Below, in pieces: positions 11,752-22,981 of a stretch of DNA of 64,000 bases. The translations under genes and the position numbers were made by a program. The notes under the pieces were generated by a model that was given only the letters and a program-made list of their open reading frames with translations, was not told the DNA's origin and searched no databases. This DNA comes from an uncultured Gammaproteobacteria bacterium (GTDB lineage Bacteria > Pseudomonadota > Gammaproteobacteria > UBA9214): contig CAVYZN010000008.1 in the NCBI GenBank assembly GCA_963773065.1, positions 229,752-293,751 on the forward strand, written 5' to 3'. The first letter of the stretch is position 1, and each line of letters starts with the position of its first letter.

Positions 11752-12408
11752 TCATTTTTTGTCACTACCATCCATGACCTCAGCCTCTTGCCATGGGAAA
11801 GGCTTAGTCTCAGGGTATTCGTCCCTGTAGGCTTTCAACTCATCCTGGTCTAGCGGGTACCATTCGTCGTATGGGTAACGTCTGAAGAACTCACCGATAC
11901 GCTCGCGGAAATGCTCGTCCGCGATTGCGTTAAGCCGTCCTGTGCGCAGCTCTCGCAGTTCTTCAAGTTCAGCCCTGGGAACGCGCAGAGTCACCATGAA
12001 ATCAACAGCCATTTTCTCAGAAAAACCGACTTTGCCATCCGGCGGGAGATAAAACCACTTCTGATTGATGCGTGCGTGCTGGGTAATCAGGTTCTTCCAG
12101 CTCTTCGCTGAAGTCGTGTCTTTGCTCTTACGCTCTACATCTTTAAAACTTCTGATTTCGCAAAGCGTTATGTCCCGGCTACGAATAGCATCGCAATCTT
12201 GCGTAGCCACAATCGCGGCAACAGGTCGAGCGGGAACAATCATATTCACCGGATCACCCTTTGCGGCTATCTCTGCCCATTTTGCGACACGTTCGCCGGC
12301 TTCACTGACAATGAGGACATTGTTGAGCGAGATATCGACCCGTGGAAGCCCCACAAAAATGTCTCCCTGGCGAATGGATGAGGATGTTTCGGGAAACTCA
12401 TAAATCAT
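11752..12408 (-). CDS. Hypothetical protein with MazF/PemK-like motif spacing
   Basis: RQGDIF...RPVAAIVATQDCD...ITLCEI...VDFMVTLRVP...GRLNAIADEHFRERIGEFF. Confidence 0.7.
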   Translation of the reverse strand: MIYEFPETSSSIRQGDIFVGLPRVDISLNNVLIVSEAGERVAKWAEIAAKGDPVNMIVPARPVAAIVATQDCDAIRSRDITLCEIRSFKDVERKSKDTTSAKSWKNLITQHARINQKWFYLPPDGKVGFSEKMAVDFMVTLRVPRAELEELRELRTGRLNAIADEHFRERIGEFFRRYPYDEWYPLDQDELKAYRDEYPETKPFPWQEAEVMDGSDKK

Positions 12409-12431
12409 GGCTGTTCCCCCATTGAATTCCT

Positions 12432-12779
12432 CTAGCAGCCTCCAATTCGGCAGTGCGAGTCGTTCTGCTCTGCCTGCTCAAGAATCTGGCGGGCTATCCG
12501 CAACGCCTCACACCGCGAGATGAATCGACCCAAAACTCCTTGGTAGATCGATATGGTAACCACAGCATCACGCCGCCTTCTTTCCAGTAACCATGGATCG
12601 GGCATTGCTGTAATAGGTGAAACAGCAAGTGAGACAGCAAGTCCGGCGATCTTGGCTATGCGGTAAAAGTCAAAGGCTTTCTCAGTGAGTTGTTCATGGT
12701 CTCCACGCCAGAAACCTGTTGCCGGAGCCTCTGCTGTTCGCCCTCTATCAAGGAGGTCAACGGTATACGCCCTATTCAC
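12432..12779 (-). CDS. Small hypothetical protein translationally coupled to the TIGR04255 gene (3' end possibly frameshifted)
   Basis: GTG start overlaps the end of the upstream gene; ISRCEALRIARQILEQAE helix. Confidence 0.6.
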   Translation of the reverse strand: MNRAYTVDLLDRGRTAEAPATGFWRGDHEQLTEKAFDFYRIAKIAGLAVSLAVSPITAMPDPWLLERRRRDAVVTISIYQGVLGRFISRCEALRIARQILEQAEQNDSHCRIGGC

Positions 12780-13545
12780 CTGAGAACCTCCTTTCAAGAT
12801 CTCCTTCTATCATCTTGAAAAACCAGTCATCCGTGATCTTGTGGGCGTCATCGAGCCAGCCTTCAAAGGCTTTGGGGATTTCTGGCAAATCGTCTACGGC
12901 TGATTCGACAGTTGTTTCCCAAACCACGGCAGGCGTATCACTCTTCTGGCCCGTTGCAAACCGAACATTGATAAGACCTTTTGGCTTTTCACACTTGAAG
13001 GAGCACTGCCATGTGAAACCGTTTGGTTTGTTTTCAACATCGGTGTCTTTGAACAAGCTGTCCGGCAACGACATCTTCAATTTCAGCTTGTCTGCTAGAA
13101 ACTCAAAGAGGTTGCCAGCCCCAACGTCAAAGGCTACCGCATCGATGTATCGCAGGATCAGATTGGTTATCTTCAGGTCTTCGACCTTGGGATGTGCATC
13201 GTATAGCTTATTTACAGCGGACAAGACACGAGGGCGGAAGTCCGGCCACTTGTAGTCGTCTGTCGAGTTCACGGTGAAAACACCTGGTCCAACCTGTACC
13301 AACGGCCATGAGTTCGCCGCTACGCGAAACCGGTGTTGAACAAAATTGCCTACGAATTCATCAGGCATATTCGCGGTTGGGAGTTGTTCATGTTCCGGGT
13401 AGTCCGTCAGCATCCGATCAAAGAGGCGCCCAAGCAGTAGCTTGTAATGCGGATCGGTCTGAGGGCCAGGTGCAACACCCTGCAGTTTCCATCTGACTTC
13501 CAGGATCGCTTCAACGAGCGGCTTGTTTTTCAGTTCCTTGGCCAT
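12772..13545 (-). CDS. TIGR04255-family protein
   Basis: LKNKPLVEAILEVRW, VQVGPGVFTVN..DY.WPDF, LILRYID motifs; GAGG RBS. Confidence 0.8.
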   Translation of the reverse strand: MAKELKNKPLVEAILEVRWKLQGVAPGPQTDPHYKLLLGRLFDRMLTDYPEHEQLPTANMPDEFVGNFVQHRFRVAANSWPLVQVGPGVFTVNSTDDYKWPDFRPRVLSAVNKLYDAHPKVEDLKITNLILRYIDAVAFDVGAGNLFEFLADKLKLKMSLPDSLFKDTDVENKPNGFTWQCSFKCEKPKGLINVRFATGQKSDTPAVVWETTVESAVDDLPEIPKAFEGWLDDAHKITDDWFFKMIEGDLERRFSGE

Positions 13546-13691
13546 ATCTATACCTCGTTTTTTCTGTCTTTATTCATTGGCTTCATGGATCGCCTCGGCT
13601 GGATTCTCGTAGAATCTCGCCGCCACGATCTCCCGCTTGGCATGGTTGAGCTTGGCTGCGGGATTATGGATATGCGGAGAACATCAAGGGG

Positions 13692-14077
<386 letters not shown>

Positions 14078-14165
14078 CTAGGGGGCAAAACACTCGAAAA
14101 ATATTCTCTTTCACGTGTTCTGATAATCCTTTGATCTCCACGATCAAACCGGCAAGAAGGTCCTT

Positions 14166-14636
14166 TCACCGTTTCCTATCCGACCACGTGCCGGTCTTGC
14201 CGTTGAAGGCGAGCACGCGGTCCGAGGTGACGACCAGGGCGGAATAGTCCTGGGCCTCGGCGCTGGTGACCGTCTCGCCCGCGATGCGGCGGATGCTCTG
14301 CCAGCCGCTGGAGAACACGCCGATGCCGGCGTAACGCTGGTTGGTCACCACGATGGCCACGCCGTTGGCGACGAGCTGCTGCAGCACTTCTTCCTTGGCG
14401 CTGAAATTGAGATCGAAGAACTGGCCGGTCTGGACGTTGCTGGCGATGATCCGATCATTCTCGACGACCAGATATATGGACTTCTCGACCACCTCGTCGG
14501 CCGCGGCGGCGGCCAGCCAGAGCAGCAGCAGTACGCCGGCGGCGAGCCGGCGGATAAAGGAAGCCCAGCAAGCCTCTCGGTCCGGACGATAATGACCTCT
14601 GGATTCAGCGGAACGCGTCATGGGTATTGCAATCAT
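14166..14636 (-). CDS. Hypothetical exported protein
   Basis: Signal-peptide-like LLLLWLAAAAA followed by two similar beta-rich segments (AIVVTNQR / ALVVTSDR). Confidence 0.65.
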   Translation of the reverse strand: MIAIPMTRSAESRGHYRPDREACWASFIRRLAAGVLLLLWLAAAAADEVVEKSIYLVVENDRIIASNVQTGQFFDLNFSAKEEVLQQLVANGVAIVVTNQRYAGIGVFSSGWQSIRRIAGETVTSAEAQDYSALVVTSDRVLAFNGKTGTWSDRKR

Positions 14637-14706
14637 GTGAGAATTCCCCGCGGCCGTCGGAGGCGCCGGGCATCCGCCGCGGCACTTGCGATAATGTCTT
14701 ATTTAT

Positions 14707-14745
14707 CCCTCCTCATCCTGTCCTTCTCCCTGAGGGAGAAGGAAC
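14707..14745. repeat. REP-like palindrome CCTCATCCTGTCCTTCTCCCTGAGGGAGAAGGA
   Basis: TCCTTCTCCC-TGA-GGGAGAAGGA hairpin with CCTCANCC leader. Confidence 0.65.
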
Positions 14746-14810
14746 GCACTGATTACATGGCATGGTAACAATAACGCAAAGCGGTTTAGTTGTTGTTCGA
14801 TAAAGAATCC

Positions 14811-14839
14811 CTTTGCGTACTCTGCGTCTCTGCGGTGAA
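14811..14839. repeat. Solo right arm of the 139-bp element family
   Basis: CTTTGCGTACTCTGCGTCTCTGCGGTGAA. Confidence 0.75.
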
Positions 14840-14860
14840 AACGGTGTTCAGGGACGGACA

Positions 14861-15796
14861 CTACACCAGTTCGTTGCCGAAGCTTTCGCTGTAGCGGCGC
14901 CTGAAGTCGTCCGCGTCGAAGACGTGGTTCTGGGTGCCGTGATGTTCGATCTTGATGGCGCCCATGAGCGCGGCGATGCGCCCCGTGGTCTCCCAGTCCA
15001 TGGCGTGCATCAGGCCGTAGAGCAGCCCGGCGCGGTAGGCATCGCCGCAGCCGGTGGGATCGACCACGTCGTGCACTTTGGCCGCCGGCACCTCGATGCG
15101 CCGGTTCTCCGTGTAGATGCGCGAGCCCTCGCCGCCCAGGGTCACGACCAGCGCGTCCACCCGTCCCGCGATCTCGTGCGGCGACATCCCGGTGCGTTCC
15201 TGCAGCAGTTCGGATTCATAGTCGTTGACGCACACCCAGGTGGCCTGGTCGATGAAATTCACCAGTTCCTCGCCGCCGAACTGCGGCAGACCCTGGCCGG
15301 GATCGAAGATGAAGGGGATGCCGGCTTCGACGAACTGCTCGGCGTGCTCCAGCATGCCCTGGCGCCCGTCCGGGGAGACCGTGCCGATGGTGACGCCGGT
15401 CGCGGCATCGACCCGGTTGGCGTGCGAAGCGTCCATGGCGCCGGGATGGAAGGCGGTGATCTGGTTGTCGTCCATGTCCGTGGTAATGAAGGCCTGCGCC
15501 GTGTAGGTCCCCTCGATAGCGGTGACGTAGCGCAGGTCGATGCCACGACTTTCCAACCAGAGCGCATACGGACCGAAATCGGTCCCGACCGTCGCCATCG
15601 GCAGCGGATCACCGCCCAGCAGCTTCAGATTGTAGGCGATGTTGCCCGCGCAGCCGCCGAACTCGCGGCGCAGTTCGGGTACATGAAAGGCGACATTCAG
15701 GATGTGCACCTTCTCCGGCAGGATATGATTTTTGAATTTGTCCTTGAACACCATGATGGTGTCGAAGGCCAGCGAACCGCAGATCAATGCCGACAT
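14861..15796 (-). CDS. PfkB-family carbohydrate/adenosine kinase
   Basis: GSLAFDTIM, GGCAGNIAY, DPGQ, DPTGCGDAYRAG. Confidence 0.92.
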   Translation of the reverse strand: MSALICGSLAFDTIMVFKDKFKNHILPEKVHILNVAFHVPELRREFGGCAGNIAYNLKLLGGDPLPMATVGTDFGPYALWLESRGIDLRYVTAIEGTYTAQAFITTDMDDNQITAFHPGAMDASHANRVDAATGVTIGTVSPDGRQGMLEHAEQFVEAGIPFIFDPGQGLPQFGGEELVNFIDQATWVCVNDYESELLQERTGMSPHEIAGRVDALVVTLGGEGSRIYTENRRIEVPAAKVHDVVDPTGCGDAYRAGLLYGLMHAMDWETTGRIAALMGAIKIEHHGTQNHVFDADDFRRRYSESFGNELV

Positions 15797-15852
15797 GGTT
15801 TTGCCCCCTTGTTTTGTATGAACATGCGCCGCGGCAGATGTCGATCGAGGTC

Positions 15853-17316
15853 TCAGTCAGGCGCTCCCGACCAGACCAAATCGAGCTGCTTGGCGGCGCG
15901 GACCTCGTCGAGCCGGCGCACCGGCCGGCTGTGCGGCGCCTCCTTCAGCCGTTCGGGTGCGGTTTCCGCCTCCTGCTGAATCTTCACCATGGCCTCGACG
16001 AAGGCATCCAGGTCTTCCTTGCTTTCCGTCTCGGTAGGCTCGATCAGCAGACACTCCGGCACCAATTGCGGGAAGTAGGTGGTCGGGGCATGGATGTTGT
16101 AATCCAGCAGGCGCTTGGCGAAATCCATGGCGGTGACGCCCTGCTCCCTCTGCTGGCGTTTCAGGGTCACGATGAATTCATGGGTGGCGCGGCGCTGCGG
16201 GAAGGCCACGTCGAAACCGGCGGCCGTGAGCCGCGCCATCAGATAATTGGCGTTCAGCGTGGCGAACTCCGCCACGCGCTGCATGCCCTCGCGGCCCAGC
16301 ATTCGGGCATAGACATAGGCGCGCAGCAGTACGCCGGCGTTGCCCATGAACGCGGACAGGCGGCCGATGCTTTGCGGGCGGACCGTTTCGTCGATCCAGT
16401 AATACTCGTCGCCGTTATAGCCGACTAAAGGCACCGGCAGGAACGGCTCCAGGCGCTTGCCGACGCCCACCGGCCCGGCGCCCGGTCCGCCGCCGCCGTG
16501 GGGGGTGGAAAAGGTCTTGTGCAGGTTCATGTGGATGACGTCGAAACCCATGTCGCCCGGGCGCACCTTGCCGAGGATGGCGTTCAGGTTGGCGCCGTCG
16601 TAGTAGAGCAGGCCGCCGGCCTGATGCACCACGGCGGCGATCTCCTGGATGCGCCGCTCGAAGACACCCAGCGTGGAGGGGTTGGTCAGCATGATGCCCG
16701 CCGTGTTCGGCCCGACGGATTGCCGCAGCACGGCGAGATCCACGTCACCCTGCCGGTCGGTCGGAATCTCCCGCACCGTGTAACCGCACATGGTGGCGGT
16801 CGCCGGGTTGGTGCCGTGGGCGGCATCCGGCACCAGGATTTCCCGGCGCGCGCCGTCGCCGCGCGCCTCGTGATAAGCGCGGATCATGGCCACGCCGGCG
16901 AATTCGCCCTGGGCGCCGGCGGCCGGCGTCAGCGACACCGCGGGCATGCCGGTCACCTCCTTGAGCATTTCCTGCAATTCATACAGGCAGGCGAGGAAGC
17001 CCTGTCCGCGTGATTCCGGCGCGAAGGGATGGCAGGCGAGGAAACCCGGCAGCATGGCCAGGGTGTTGCAGGCCCGCGGATTGTATTTCATGGTGCAGGA
17101 ACCCAGCGGGTAAAACTGGGTGTCGATCGAGAAATTCTTCTGCGAGAGCCGCGTGTAATGCCGCACCGCCTGCAGCTCGGACACCTCGGGCAGCAGCGGA
17201 CGGCCCCGGCGCAGCAGCCGCTCGGGTATGTCCGGTGTGTCCGCCGGCGCGGCGGGCGCCTGCGCCTGGGCGCGGCGGCCGCTGCGTGAATGTTCAAAGA
17301 TCAGCATCTGTTGCAT
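15853..17316 (-). CDS. gcvPB: Glycine dehydrogenase (decarboxylating) subunit 2
   Basis: [43 protein letters not shown]. Confidence 0.97.
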   Translation of the reverse strand: MQQMLIFEHSRSGRRAQAQAPAAPADTPDIPERLLRRGRPLLPEVSELQAVRHYTRLSQKNFSIDTQFYPLGSCTMKYNPRACNTLAMLPGFLACHPFAPESRGQGFLACLYELQEMLKEVTGMPAVSLTPAAGAQGEFAGVAMIRAYHEARGDGARREILVPDAAHGTNPATATMCGYTVREIPTDRQGDVDLAVLRQSVGPNTAGIMLTNPSTLGVFERRIQEIAAVVHQAGGLLYYDGANLNAILGKVRPGDMGFDVIHMNLHKTFSTPHGGGGPGAGPVGVGKRLEPFLPVPLVGYNGDEYYWIDETVRPQSIGRLSAFMGNAGVLLRAYVYARMLGREGMQRVAEFATLNANYLMARLTAAGFDVAFPQRRATHEFIVTLKRQQREQGVTAMDFAKRLLDYNIHAPTTYFPQLVPECLLIEPTETESKEDLDAFVEAMVKIQQEAETAPERLKEAPHSRPVRRLDEVRAAKQLDLVWSGAPD

Positions 17317-17394
17317 CCAACCTGTCGTCCAGCGCAGGCGCGGATCCGCCCGCGAGGCATCCTCCGGCGGGCCCGCGCCTGCACACGCGCGGCA

Positions 17395-17892
17395 TCACAA
17401 CGCCGCAAGCGCCGCCTCGTAATCCGGTTCGTCGGCGATCTCCGGCACGAGCTGCGTATAGACGACCTTGTCCTTCTCGTCGACGACCACGACCGCGCGC
17501 GCGGTGATGCCGGCGAGCGGCCCGTCCGTGATCAGCACGCCATAGTCCTTGGCGAAACCGCGGCTGCGCATCATCGACAGCGGGATCACGTTGTCGATTC
17601 CTTCCGCCCCGCAGAAGCGCCCCTGCGCGAACGGCAGGTCGGCGGAGACCACCAGCACCGCCACATCCTCCCGGCCGCGGGCGAGCTCGTTGAATTTCCG
17701 GGTCGATGTCGCGCAGGTGGGCGTGTCCAGACTGGGTACGATATTGAGCAGCTTTTTCTTGCCGGCGTAGTCCGACAGGTGCACGTCATTCAGCTTGCCG
17801 TCCACCAGATGGAAATCGGGTGCGCTCGCCCCAACCGCCGGCAGCTCGCCATTGGTATGAATTTTATTGCCCTGCAAAGTCACAGTCGCCAT
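17395..17892 (-). CDS. tpx: Thiol peroxidase
   Basis: [36 protein letters not shown]. Confidence 0.95.
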   Translation of the reverse strand: MATVTLQGNKIHTNGELPAVGASAPDFHLVDGKLNDVHLSDYAGKKKLLNIVPSLDTPTCATSTRKFNELARGREDVAVLVVSADLPFAQGRFCGAEGIDNVIPLSMMRSRGFAKDYGVLITDGPLAGITARAVVVVDEKDKVVYTQLVPEIADEPDYEAALAAL

Positions 17893-17936
17893 GATTCAAC
17901 CCCCTTCGGGTTCGGTTGCGTTCTCGGTTGATACTT

Positions 17937-19337
17937 CTATGCCATCTTGGGTTTGACCGGACAACCGGCCGCGGTCTGCCTCTCGATGATGCGGTTCAAA
18001 TGATCGGCGTACAAGTCGATGTCCGCCTCGGTCCGCGCCTCGGTGGCGCACACCAGCAGGGCATTGCCCAGCTCCGGGTAGTCCCTCGACAGATCGTAGC
18101 CCGGCAGCAGGTTGTGCGCGTACAGCGGCCGCAGGATATCCGCGAGCGGCAGCGACAGACGCAGCGCCGACTCATGGAAGCAGGGACGGTTGAACACGGC
18201 CTCGACATGCGCGTTTGCCGTCAGCTTTTTCACCAGCGCCAGGGTATTGGCATGACAGGCCTGCGCCACGCGCGCGAGCCCGTCGGCGCCGAGCAGCGAC
18301 ATGTAGATGGTCGCCGCGGTCACCAGCAACCCCTGGTTGGTGCAGATATTGGAGGTCGCCTTGGAGCGGCGGATGTGCTGTTCACGCGCCTGCAGGGTGA
18401 GGGTATAACCCACGCGCGCGTCGCGATCCAGGGTGCGGCCGACGATGCGCCCCGGCATCTGGCGCACCAGTGCCTCCTTGCAGCACATATAGCCGAAATA
18501 GGGGCCGCCCCCGGCGAGCGGCACGCCGAGCGGCTGGCCTTCCCCGCAGGCGATGTCCGCGCCCGCCTCGCCCCAGGCGCCCGGAGGCTTGAGGATGGCG
18601 AGCGCGGTCGGATTGCACACCGCGATCACCAGCGCGCCCTGGCGGTGCGCCCAGTCGGTCAATTCATCCACGTCTTCGAGGATGCCGAAGAAGTTGGGAT
18701 GCTGGATCACCAGGGCCGTGATGTCCTGGCTCGTGTAGCGTGCGAGGGATTCCGGCACGGTATGGCCGCCCTCACCGCAGTAGGGCAGTTCGATGAGCTC
18801 GATGCCCTGGTTGCGCACGATGGTGCGGGTCGTCCTGCGGTAGGTGGGGTGCACCGCCGCGGGCAGGAGGATGCGGCGTGATTTCGACTGGCGGTTGGAG
18901 CGCACGGCCATGAGCACGGCCTCGGCCAGCGCCGAGGCGCCGTCGTAGAGCGAGGCGTTGGAGACATCCATGCCGGTCAGGCCGGCCATCATGGTCTGGA
19001 ATTCATAAATCAACTGCAGCGTGCCCTGGCTGGCCTCCGCCTGGTACGGGGTATAGGCGCTGTAGAATTCGCCGCGCGTGGTGATTTCCCAGACGGCCGC
19101 CGGAATGTGGTGATCGTAGGCCCCGGCTCCCAGAAAACACAGCGGGCGCCCGTCGGACTCCGCGCGCGCGGTCATCAGCCGGCTGACTTCCTGTTCGGTC
19201 ATGCCGCGCGGTATTCCCGGCAATCCCCCCACCCGCAACTCGGCAGGGATTTCATCGAACAGCTCGTCGATCTCACGCACACCGATCGCGGCCAGCATGT
19301 CGCGGATATCGGCATCGGTATGCGGTATGAAAGGCAT
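17937..19337 (-). CDS. gcvPA: Glycine dehydrogenase (decarboxylating) subunit 1
   Basis: [45 protein letters not shown]. Confidence 0.97.
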   Translation of the reverse strand: MPFIPHTDADIRDMLAAIGVREIDELFDEIPAELRVGGLPGIPRGMTEQEVSRLMTARAESDGRPLCFLGAGAYDHHIPAAVWEITTRGEFYSAYTPYQAEASQGTLQLIYEFQTMMAGLTGMDVSNASLYDGASALAEAVLMAVRSNRQSKSRRILLPAAVHPTYRRTTRTIVRNQGIELIELPYCGEGGHTVPESLARYTSQDITALVIQHPNFFGILEDVDELTDWAHRQGALVIAVCNPTALAILKPPGAWGEAGADIACGEGQPLGVPLAGGGPYFGYMCCKEALVRQMPGRIVGRTLDRDARVGYTLTLQAREQHIRRSKATSNICTNQGLLVTAATIYMSLLGADGLARVAQACHANTLALVKKLTANAHVEAVFNRPCFHESALRLSLPLADILRPLYAHNLLPGYDLSRDYPELGNALLVCATEARTEADIDLYADHLNRIIERQTAAGCPVKPKMA

Positions 19338-19369
19338 GGTACTGGATTCGCTGATTTCGGGCCGCCGGG

Positions 19370-19765
19370 CTAGTGACTCTCGGATTCAAGCAAGGACTCG
19401 TAGGTCTCTGCATCCATCAGCTCCTCCAGTTCGGCAGGATCGGAGGGCCGCAGACGGAACATCCAGCCCTCGCCATAGGCATCCTGGTTCACGATCTCGG
19501 GGCTGTCGACCAGGTTCTCGTTGATCTCCACGACCTTGCCCGCGAGCGGCGCATAGACATCGGAGGCGGCCTTCACCGATTCCACCACGGCGCAGGCCTC
19601 CGCCGCGGCCACGGCCCGCCCAACCTCGGGAACTTCGATATAGACCATGTCGCCCAGTTGTTCCTGGGCATGGTCGGAAATCCCGACGGTGACGGAACCA
19701 TCGTCATTCAGGCGCGCCCACTCGTGTGTCGGGGCGTATTTGAGATCCACAGGGATGTTGCTCAT
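19370..19765 (-). CDS. gcvH: Glycine cleavage H protein
   Basis: [13 protein letters not shown] lipoyl motif. Confidence 0.97.
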   Translation of the reverse strand: MSNIPVDLKYAPTHEWARLNDDGSVTVGISDHAQEQLGDMVYIEVPEVGRAVAAAEACAVVESVKAASDVYAPLAGKVVEINENLVDSPEIVNQDAYGEGWMFRLRPSDPAELEELMDAETYESLLESESH

Positions 19766-19826
19766 GGCTGTCCTCGCTCATTAGTGGAATTATCAGTCTG
19801 TACGGCATAGTTCATATAAAAACCTT

Positions 19827-19965
19827 CTCACCGCAAAGACGCAATGATCGCAGAGAAATCATAAATTAAAAAATCACAGTAACAGTCCCTGCCTGTACAA
19901 GCGCGGTAATCGGTATTTCTTGATAGGGTTAGATCCCTTTGCGTCCTTCGCGTCTTTGCGGTGAT
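19827..19965. repeat. 139-bp intergenic element with inverted arms (copy 2)
   Basis: CTCACCGCAAAGACGCAATGATCGCAGAG-81 nt-CTTTGCGTCCTTCGCGTCTTTGCGGTGAT. Confidence 0.8.
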
Positions 19966-19971
19966 ATCGAT

Positions 19972-21063
19972 CTATAACTCGATCTGGGCCTTGCCGTGGC
20001 GTACGAACGGCGGCTTGACCACGCGCGCCGGCAACAGCTTGCCGCGGATCTCGACCCGGCAGCTAGCGCCGGTGTCCCGCGGGACGCGCGCGAAAGCGAT
20101 GGCGCGCTGCAGGGTCGGCGAAAAACTGCCGCTGGTGATTTCACCCGCGCCGTCATTCTCGATAACGACCTTCTGATGATTGCGCAGCACGCCCTTGCCC
20201 TCGAGCAGCAGGCCGACCAGCTTGCTGCGGGGCGCCCTCCCGGCGTTGTTTCTCCAGTGCGGCGCGCCCGATGAAATCACGCTCCGGCGGCTCCCACGCC
20301 ACGGTCCATGCCAGTGCCGACTCGAGCGGCGTCACCGCCTCGTCCATATCCGCACCGTACAGATTCATGCCGGCTTCGAGCCGCAGCGTATCGCGTGCGC
20401 CGAGACCGGCAGGACTGACACCGGCGGCGCGCAGTTTCCGCCAGAACCCGGCTGCCTCGTCACCGGGCAGGATAATTTCAAAGCCGTCCTCGCCCGTGTA
20501 GCCGGTGCGCGCGATAAACCACTCGCCCGCGAAGGCGCCGAAGAAGGGTTTGAGCGCCGCCGCGATGGCCGCCGCCTCGCATCGAGCACGCCCAGCACCT
20601 TGTCCCTGGCGTTCGGTCCCTGGATGGCGATCATGGCCAGTTCGGGACGCTCCTTCACCGTGACGGCAAACGCCGCCGCCTGCTGCGCTAGCCAGGCCAG
20701 GTCCTTCTCCCGGGTGGCGGCGTTGACCACCATGCGGTAGTAATCGTCCCGCAGGTAATAGACGATCAGGTCGTCGATCACGCCGCCGGTCGCATTCAGC
20801 ATGCAACTGTAGAGCGCCTTGCCGCCGTCCTTGAGGCGGGCGACATCGTTGGCGAGCAGGCGGCGCAGGTAGTCGCGCACCCGCTCACCGCTCAGATCCA
20901 CGACGGTCATGTGCGAGACATCGAACATGCCGGCGCCGTTGCGCACCGTGTGGTGCTCCTCGATCTGGGAGCCGTAGTGGATCGGCATGTCCCAGCCGGC
21001 GAAATCGACCAGTTTACCGCCGGCGGCCAGGTGTTCTTGGTAGAGTGGTGTCCTGTTTCCCAT
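19972..21063 (-). CDS. gcvT: Aminomethyltransferase (two frameshifts, probably artefactual)
   Basis: [47 protein letters not shown] across three frames. Confidence 0.93.
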
Positions 21064-21106
21064 TGGGCCGATCACTTTGCCGCTACGCCTGCCGATGTGG
21101 CAACAA

Positions 21107-21149
21107 TAAAAAAGGGCGACGGGGTTTTGCACCACCGTCGCCCCTCTGT
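21107..21149 (-). terminator. Intrinsic terminator, expression platform of the glycine riboswitch
   Basis: AGGGCGACGG...CCGTCGCCCT followed by a T-run on the minus strand, just before gcvT. Confidence 0.8.
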
Positions 21150-21335
21150 CCGGTTACCTGAGAGTTTAGGCACCTGCCTGGATAGCAGGCGGGCCACGTC
21201 CCCTTCGGTGGGCCATGCTGCGGCCGCTCTCCAGAGTCAACTGTCTGCCACAGTCCTTTTGCCTGAGCGTTTCCGGGCGTGTTGCGCCTTCGGCGGTTCC
21301 CGGTCGATCCGACCGTGAACCCTCTCCCGCAGCAG
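21140..21335 (-). promoter_or_regulatory. Tandem glycine riboswitch
   Basis: Minus strand: GGGAGAG...CCGAAGG...CTCAGGCAAAAGGAC...CTCTGGAGAG...CCGAAGG...CTCTCAGGT; upstream of gcvT. Confidence 0.93.
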
Positions 21336-21408
21336 AATCACATCGAGCGGCAAATATACTCCTGCCTGTCGGCTAGTGCCAGATTCAGCGGGAACTGTCA
21401 TCGAGGGA

Positions 21409-21548
21409 TTTACCGCGGAGACGCGAAGTATGCCGGGACATGCAAGGAATCCGGGTAAATACCTTTCAAGCGGCCATGCGTAGTGGGTATCAGAGATATT
21501 TAAACCGAAAAATCATTAACTTCGCGACCTTTGCGGCTTTGCGGTGAA
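21409..21548. repeat. 140-bp intergenic element with inverted arms (copy 3)
   Basis: TTTACCGCGGAGACGCGAAG...CTTCGCGACCTTTGCGGCTTTGCGGTGAA. Confidence 0.75.
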
Positions 21549-21586
21549 AAATCCAGGACGGTTCCTGCGCTATCTATATATTATGA

Positions 21587-22807
21587 TCAAGGGGTATCGA
21601 CCGTCCCGCGCGCCAGGGCCGGCAGGTCGCCCGCGAGGCCGGCGGCGTGGCGCATCAGCAGCTCCTTGGCCGGACCGGCCGCATTCACCAGCGACAAACC
21701 GGCGTTGCGCAACCAGCGCACCGGTCCCAGTTCATTGCCGAACAGCACATTGAACCCGTCCATGGCGGACAGCATGAGCAGATTGTCACCACGGCGCCAA
21801 CGTTCATAGCGACGCAGCACCGGCAGCGCCCCCGGGTTGACCCCGCGCGCCCTGGCGGCCAGGATCACCTCCGCCAGGGCGGCCGCATCCAGCAAACCGA
21901 GGTTGACCCCCTGCCCCGCCAGGGGATGAATGGCATGCGCCGCATCGCCAATCAGCGCGATGCGTTCACCGACATAGCGGTCCGCATGCAATCGCGTCAG
22001 TGGGTAAACCTCGCGCGGTTCCGAATCCATGATCCGGCCGAGCCGGAAATCAAAGGCCGTCCCCAGTGCCTCGTGAAAGTGATCTCGGTCGAGCGCCAGC
22101 ATCTCCTCCGCCTCGGCCGTCGGCAGGGTCCACACGATGGCGCTCCAGCCCGCCTCCATCGGCAGAAAGGCCAGCGGCCCTCCCGGCAGAAACCGCTGCC
22201 GGGCCGTGGCCTGATGCGGATATTCGGTGGCCACCCGCGCGACCAGACTGCTCTGGCGGTAGTCATGCAGATGTGTCGGGATACCCAGCCGCTCGCGCAG
22301 CGGCGAGCGGGCGCCGTCCGCCGCCACGATGAGATCGGCCGTCAAGGTCGCGCCATCCTCCAGACTCACGCTGACCGCGGCATCGGTGATGGCAATGTCG
22401 TTGAATTGCGCCGGGCAAAACAGGGAAACCGCGGCGAGGGAACGCAGCCGTTCCCGCAGCGCGGCGTGGATGTGGCGCGGCTCGATGATGTGGCCAAGAC
22501 AGGGTTCGCCGATATCGGCGCAGTCAAACTGGATCACGCCCGTGCCGCCCGCATCCCACACCTCCATCTCCCGGAACGGGTAGGCATCGCGGGCGACGAT
22601 CCGGTTCCAGATATCGATCGCGGTGAAGATCCGCTGCGAGGCGCGGGTGATCGCGAAGACGCGCGCATCGCGCGCGCCGTCGTCCGCATCGCTCGCGAGC
22701 GGCCGGGCCTCGACCAGCGCGACCCTGACGCCCGCCTCACCCAGGGCGCAGGCCGCCGTCGCACCCACGATGCCGGCCCCGATGATAACGACGTCAAACT
22801 GGTTCAT
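21587..22807 (-). CDS. ubiI: UbiI/VisC-type FAD-dependent ubiquinone hydroxylase
   Basis: GAGIVG, ADGARS, GDAAHAIHPLAGQGVNLG; pepP-ubiH-ubiI-gcvT synteny. Confidence 0.85.
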   Translation of the reverse strand: MNQFDVVIIGAGIVGATAACALGEAGVRVALVEARPLASDADDGARDARVFAITRASQRIFTAIDIWNRIVARDAYPFREMEVWDAGGTGVIQFDCADIGEPCLGHIIEPRHIHAALRERLRSLAAVSLFCPAQFNDIAITDAAVSVSLEDGATLTADLIVAADGARSPLRERLGIPTHLHDYRQSSLVARVATEYPHQATARQRFLPGGPLAFLPMEAGWSAIVWTLPTAEAEEMLALDRDHFHEALGTAFDFRLGRIMDSEPREVYPLTRLHADRYVGERIALIGDAAHAIHPLAGQGVNLGLLDAAALAEVILAARARGVNPGALPVLRRYERWRRGDNLLMLSAMDGFNVLFGNELGPVRWLRNAGLSLVNAAGPAKELLMRHAAGLAGDLPALARGTVDTP

Positions 22808-22833
22808 GACATTCTCACTCAAGAGACGAAATT

Positions 22834-22972
22834 TTCACCGCAGAGACGCAAAGTACGCGGAGTAAAGAATCTAAAAAGTTAGCAACAATTTCTTGCTATC
22901 AAGCTTTTGATGCATGGTTTCATAATTTTTGTGCTTTTGTTTTCTCTGCGTACTTTGCGTCTCTGCGGTGAA
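22834..22972. repeat. 139-bp intergenic element with inverted arms (copy 4)
   Basis: TTCACCGCAGAGACGCAAAGTACGCGGAG and its complement match at 28 of 29 positions around an 81-nt AT-rich core. Confidence 0.88.
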
Positions 22973-22981
22973 TCATCATGA

